A stretch of DNA of 64,000 nucleotides. Origin: Candidatus Peribacteria bacterium. Lineage in GTDB: Bacteria > Patescibacteriota > Gracilibacteria > Peribacterales > Peribacteraceae. The stretch is taken from assembly GCA_041691135.1 (NCBI GenBank), contig JBEPVF010000004.1, forward strand, positions 29,833-93,832, in the 5' to 3' direction. Position 1 is the stretch's first letter. The number at the start of each line of letters is the position of its first letter. The translations under genes were made by a program, and so were the position numbers. The notes under the pieces were generated by a model that searched no databases, was not told where the DNA came from, and saw only the letters and a program-made list of their open reading frames with translations. Positions 62,533 through 64,000 of this stretch are shown here, piece after piece.

Positions 62533-64000
62533 ATGTTAAAACGTTTCGCCGATCGGCTGGCCTGGTGGCACATTGCCCTGTTCATTGTGGCGGTGTGTGC
62601 CCTGCTGTACGGACCCTCGGTGACCGATAAATTTGTGAGCCTAGACGACGGACTGCTCATCACCGACAACCCTGCGATACAAGAGCTGTCGCCTGCCACG
62701 CTCAAGCGCGTCTTCACCACGTACGATCCCGAGCTTTACGATCCGCTCACGCTAATGACATACCAGGTTGAGCATGCACTATTCGGATTTCGTCCGGGCG
62801 TATTCCATTTGGATAACCTGATCCTCCACACGCTCAATGCACTGCTGGTCTTTGCTGTGATGCTGCAGCTCTTCCGCCGCAAGGGCGTGGCGGCAGCAAC
62901 AGCTCTTCTGTTCGCCGTGCATCCGTTGCAGACCGAAGCGGTGCTATGGGCGGCGGCGCGCAAAGACCTCCTCTCGACATTTTTCTTTCTCTCGTCCCTC
63001 GGTTCGTATCTCCTCTGGCGCGAACGCGAGGAGAAGTGGTTTTCCTTTTTCAGTGTTGCACTCTTTGTGCTTGGCCTGTTCGCCAAAGTCACAGTCATCA
63101 CGCTGCCGATCGTGTTGCTTCTCATCGATTGGAAACGGCATCGGTCCTTGCCGCGTGCCGTTGCCGAAAAGTGGCCGTACTGGCTGGCTGCCATCATTTT
63201 TGGCATCGTGGCCATCTTTGGAAAACGCGAAGTGCTCGCCGATTCCGGATTGTGGAGCAATTTCCTGCTGGCCTGCAAGAGCGCCGTCTTCTATCTGTGG
63301 CATTTACTGATACCGACCGGATTCACGATCATCTATCCGCAGCACACACCCGTCACGCTTGCAGCACCGGAATTTCTCGTGCCCGTTCTCATTGTTCTTG
63401 CACTCGTGGCAGTCATCATCGCATCACTGCGTAGGTTCCCTGTCGTTTCCTTTGCCCTCGCATTCTACTTGGTCACACTCGTGCCGAACTTCACCAACTT
63501 CGTCAAAGACGGTGTCACCTATTTTGCCTCTGATCGTTACGCCTACATTCCGAGTATCGGTATCTTCCTGCTGGTGGCATTGGCAGTCGCGTGGTTGTAC
63601 GAGCATAAACCATTCGGCAAATGGGGCGCCCGCGCGATAGATGCCGTCGTCATTTGCGTCTTTGTGGGACTCATCGGTCTGGCACGCGTGCAGGCCGACA
63701 CATGGATCGATAGCGAGACGCTGTACACGCAGGCGTTGTCGATTGCACCATCCACGTTGGCATACAACAACCTCGGCGATTTCTATATGAAGAATAACCG
63801 TCCCGAACTCGCCAAAGATCAGTTTATCGCAGCCATCTCACTGGATCCCACCTACGAGCGTGCCTATAACAATCTCGGCAACTACTACCGTGACCAGGGC
63901 GATTACGAGGAGGCGATGCGTGTGTATCGTCAGGCCATCAAGTCGCTGGGTGCTGGCCCCATCACCAGCATTGAGTACTTGGCGCCGTACTATTACTTGG
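62533..64000 (+). CDS. GT-C fold (PMT/TMTC-like) membrane glycosyltransferase with C-terminal TPR repeats, 3'-truncated by the window end
   Basis: Not in the ORF track because it has no stop before the window end. ATG at 62533. Loop-1 motif FVSLDDGLLITDNP, then FRPGVFHLDNLILHTLNALLVFA, about 9 or more TM helices, then TPR units (AYNNLGDFYMKNNRPELAKDQFIAAISLDP, AYNNLGNYYRDQGDYEEAMRVYRQAI). Confidence 0.75.
   Translation, partial: MLKRFADRLAWWHIALFIVAVCALLYGPSVTDKFVSLDDGLLITDNPAIQELSPATLKRVFTTYDPELYDPLTLMTYQVEHALFGFRPGVFHLDNLILHTLNALLVFAVMLQLFRRKGVAAATALLFAVHPLQTEAVLWAAARKDLLSTFFFLSSLGSYLLWREREEKWFSFFSVALFVLGLFAKVTVITLPIVLLLIDWKRHRSLPRAVAEKWPYWLAAIIFGIVAIFGKREVLADSGLWSNFLLACKSAVFYLWHLLIPTGFTIIYPQHTPVTLAAPEFLVPVLIVLALVAVIIASLRRFPVVSFALAFYLVTLVPNFTNFVKDGVTYFASDRYAYIPSIGIFLLVALAVAWLYEHKPFGKWGARAIDAVVICVFVGLIGLARVQADTWIDSETLYTQALSIAPSTLAYNNLGDFYMKNNRPELAKDQFIAAISLDPTYERAYNNLGNYYRDQGDYEEAMRVYRQAIKSLGAGPITSIEYLAPYYYL

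Noticed and set aside
1-64000. Alternative genetic code (UGA recoding, as in some CPR lineages)
   Set aside because: Well-conserved genes (smpB, the GT2 gene, rnj) terminate at TGA at the expected protein length. No conserved gene is interrupted by in-frame TGA.

Overview
64-kb chromosomal window, about 55% GC by eye, read with the standard genetic code (TGA is used as a stop, for example in smpB and the GT2 gene). It is densely packed with housekeeping genes and looks like a small-genome, probably monoderm bacterium. The major pilin N-termini (IAILASIVIVAINP..ARNAQRRSD) resemble those common in Candidate Phyla Radiation lineages; a Peregrinibacteria-like origin is only a guess. Supported content falls into four groups. 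(1) A replication-origin-like cluster of DnaA boxes plus an AT-rich element lies directly upstream of dnaN-mfd, with no dnaA anywhere in the window. (2) Housekeeping genes: mpg, sufC, a 2Fe-2S ferredoxin, holB, secA, tsaB, nusA, a dinG-like exonuclease, purH, recR, smpB, rnj, pyrC, pyrB, a flippase, and nucleotidyl- and glycosyltransferases. (3) RNA genes: RNase P RNA (type A) with its own promoter and terminator, and tRNA-Thr(UGU). (4) An ~11-kb minus-strand type IV pilus operon at 23265-34553: response regulator, pilB, an over-long pilC, four minor pseudopilins and a major pilin. A second, inverted major-pilin paralog sits 8.3 kb away and pilD is encoded separately. The most interesting signals are: the mosaic inverted pilin pair with a 228-nt identical core; the atypical pilus parts (a PilC with a ~610-aa low-complexity N-terminal arm, a 640-aa pseudopilin-propeller fusion, and a Planctomycete-type DUF1559 pilin); the dnaA-less origin; and a 527-nt highly structured non-coding gap upstream of nusA. 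No CRISPR array, rRNA, prophage or intact IS element was seen. All homology calls rest on motif recognition by eye; no searches were run.
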